A DNA stretch of 64,000 nt from assembly GCA_029717555.1 (NCBI GenBank), contig JAMDHS010000017.1:62001-126000 (forward strand). The letters run 5' to 3'. The notes beneath the pieces are model-generated. The model ran no database searches, was not told where the DNA came from, and was given only the letters and a program-made list of their open reading frames with translations. Position numbers and translations under genes: made by a program. Source of the DNA: Peribolospora baueri (Eukaryota). Shown one piece after another: positions 62,401 through 64,000 of the stretch. Position 1 is the stretch's first letter. Each line of letters begins with the position of its first letter.

Positions 62401-63850
62401 TGCTGGCAGTGGACACGGGAACGGCCATCGTGGGATACGAAGACGCCAGAGCCCGGGTGTCGACGCCAACAGCGAGGAGGTCCGAGGGCTTCCTAGTAGT
62501 CTTGTTGGTGCGAGCCTGAACGCTGAGCGCCGGCGCGGCGGCAGACGGAGCGAGCGTGCCAGAAGGCTTGGGCTCGCCGCCGGTCTTGCCTTCGCCGGAG
62601 ACATGGCGCTTGGCGATGAAATCAGGGCCTAGAGCCTGACGTCCAGAACCGTCGCCGAGAAGCAGTCCGCCCAGCGACCTGGCCCTCCTGTGCTTCCCTC
62701 CTCCCTTTCCGCCACCCCCGCCCCGGCCCACGAGCGCGCCGGCCGCTCTGGCGGGCCTGGTTTCTGCCTCATCCTGTACGGTCGCTGAGGCAGTCCGTTC
62801 CGTCACCGGCCTCTGTCCCGCGTCCTTCGAGACCGACACCACCTGCGCCGCGCCCTTGGCAGCCGTGGGAGCGGAAGGCGCGGACGCCGCCGCCTCCATG
62901 ATAGAAGCGGCGGGTGAAAGGACATGCTTGCTCTTGTGGACATCTGCGGTACCGACGGCCGAGGCAGCGGGTGCGGCGGACGCCGTCGTACCGAGTTCGG
63001 ATCTTGACCGCTGTGTGATGGACGCCTCCTCAACTGCCTTGGTCGCCGCCCGTTTACTGCTTTTCCGACCAAGGGCCGACAGCGAGGTAGCCGTGCCGCC
63101 GGCCATCTTTCGCACCGGCGTCTCTACACGTCCCTCTCCATCACCCGCCGAACCTTCCAAGTCGAGTTCTTCATCGACCTCCTGGGGAAGAGTGGACGTG
63201 TACGCGAGAGGACTGGAGAAGTTGGGCGTGCTGTCGAAGGCGGGCCTCTTCGCCGCCGGTAGCGGCAGACCGCCGGGCACCACGCCCGCCGTCTGCGTCG
63301 GCGGGGAAAAGGTGGGCGCTTGCTGGGATACGGGGGAAAGCGGAGAGGGATGATGGGAAGTCGAAGCGCCGGGCACGGAGACGGGGACGACGGTAGGACG
63401 GGCTTTCGCGAAGGGGTCGACGAACACGGGAGGCGGAATCGGGTCTCCTGCGGCAGCACTAGCGGTTTGAGAAGAGCGAGCTTCGACCTTAGCAGTGCTG
63501 ACGGAAGTGAACGGGTCTTCAAGAGCAGCCTTGGTTACGGGCGGCGAAGGCGAGGGCGCAAGAGTGTGTTTCCTCTCCGCCGCTCCGGCGTCCGACGTCG
63601 CGACGTCGGCGTCGAGGACGAACACGCCTCCGCCCGTGGACAGGCGATGCGGGGCGCTGGCGCCAGAGGAAGGAGTAGAGGCGCGCGGAGACTGGGACCC
63701 CGAGCTGCTCGAGTCGTCATCGCCGGCCCCGGATCTGCGGGCATCGGTCTGCGCGTGGGTAAGGTCGGGCTGTGAGACCGCCCTATGCGCTGCGACGGGC
63801 CGCGGAGACGAAGGCTTGGAGGAAGAAGGCGCGCCCGTCTCCGCTGCCAC
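53496..63850 (-). CDS. RIM15: Rim15/Cek1 (Greatwall-family) AGC kinase with PAS, C2HC-type Zn finger, split kinase and receiver domains; ~3311 aa, 6 exons
   Basis: Exons 63850-58990, 58903-57892, 57805-55865, 55782-55251, 55175-53933, 53842-53496 total 9936 nt in frame; PAS ([14 protein letters not shown]), CRICER...[67 protein letters not shown]...VD...KPV. Confidence 0.93.
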
Positions 63851-64000
63851 TGCCCGATGGGAACGCCGGTGTTGAAGGGTCGAAGACGTGCCATGCGAGG
63901 AAGAGGACTTGGGAAGTGCAGATGGGGCGAGACTAGAGACGGAAGGCGGCTGAGGAGCGGCGCGCTCAGAGAAGGGACGCGCGAGGATGGGAGGAAAGGG

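Overview
Eukaryotic, GC-rich, intron-rich fungal genomic DNA, most likely a basidiomycete (GT-AG introns of roughly 60-270 nt with CTRAC branch points; SC15-like and PriA-like secreted proteins). About 20 spliced protein-coding genes were reconstructed by eye. In order: a partial unknown gene, an F-box/WD40 protein, prefoldin 5, queuine tRNA-ribosyltransferase, DBP10, UTP13, a UBL-BAG co-chaperone, an SC15-like secreted protein, TFIIA-gamma, a secreted Cys/Trp-repeat + (Gly-Ser)n protein, ketopantoate reductase-like, a MATE transporter, RMP1/NEPRO-like, BCD1, RBM42-like, GtaA-like glutaminase, an orphan membrane protein, an MFS sugar porter, a CaaX-terminated disordered protein and a giant RIM15/Cek1 kinase. 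No rRNA, tRNA, CRISPR array or intact transposon was seen. The most unusual items are the silk-like (GS)n secreted protein with periodic acidic-Cys spacers, the ~3300-aa Rim15 whose receiver domain looks canonical, two head-to-head ribosome-biogenesis gene pairs each with 243 bp between start codons, a GC-AG intron in TFIIA-gamma, and a CpG-poor TG...CA island. All identities come from motif recognition, not database searches. I found no clear multi-gene novel system.
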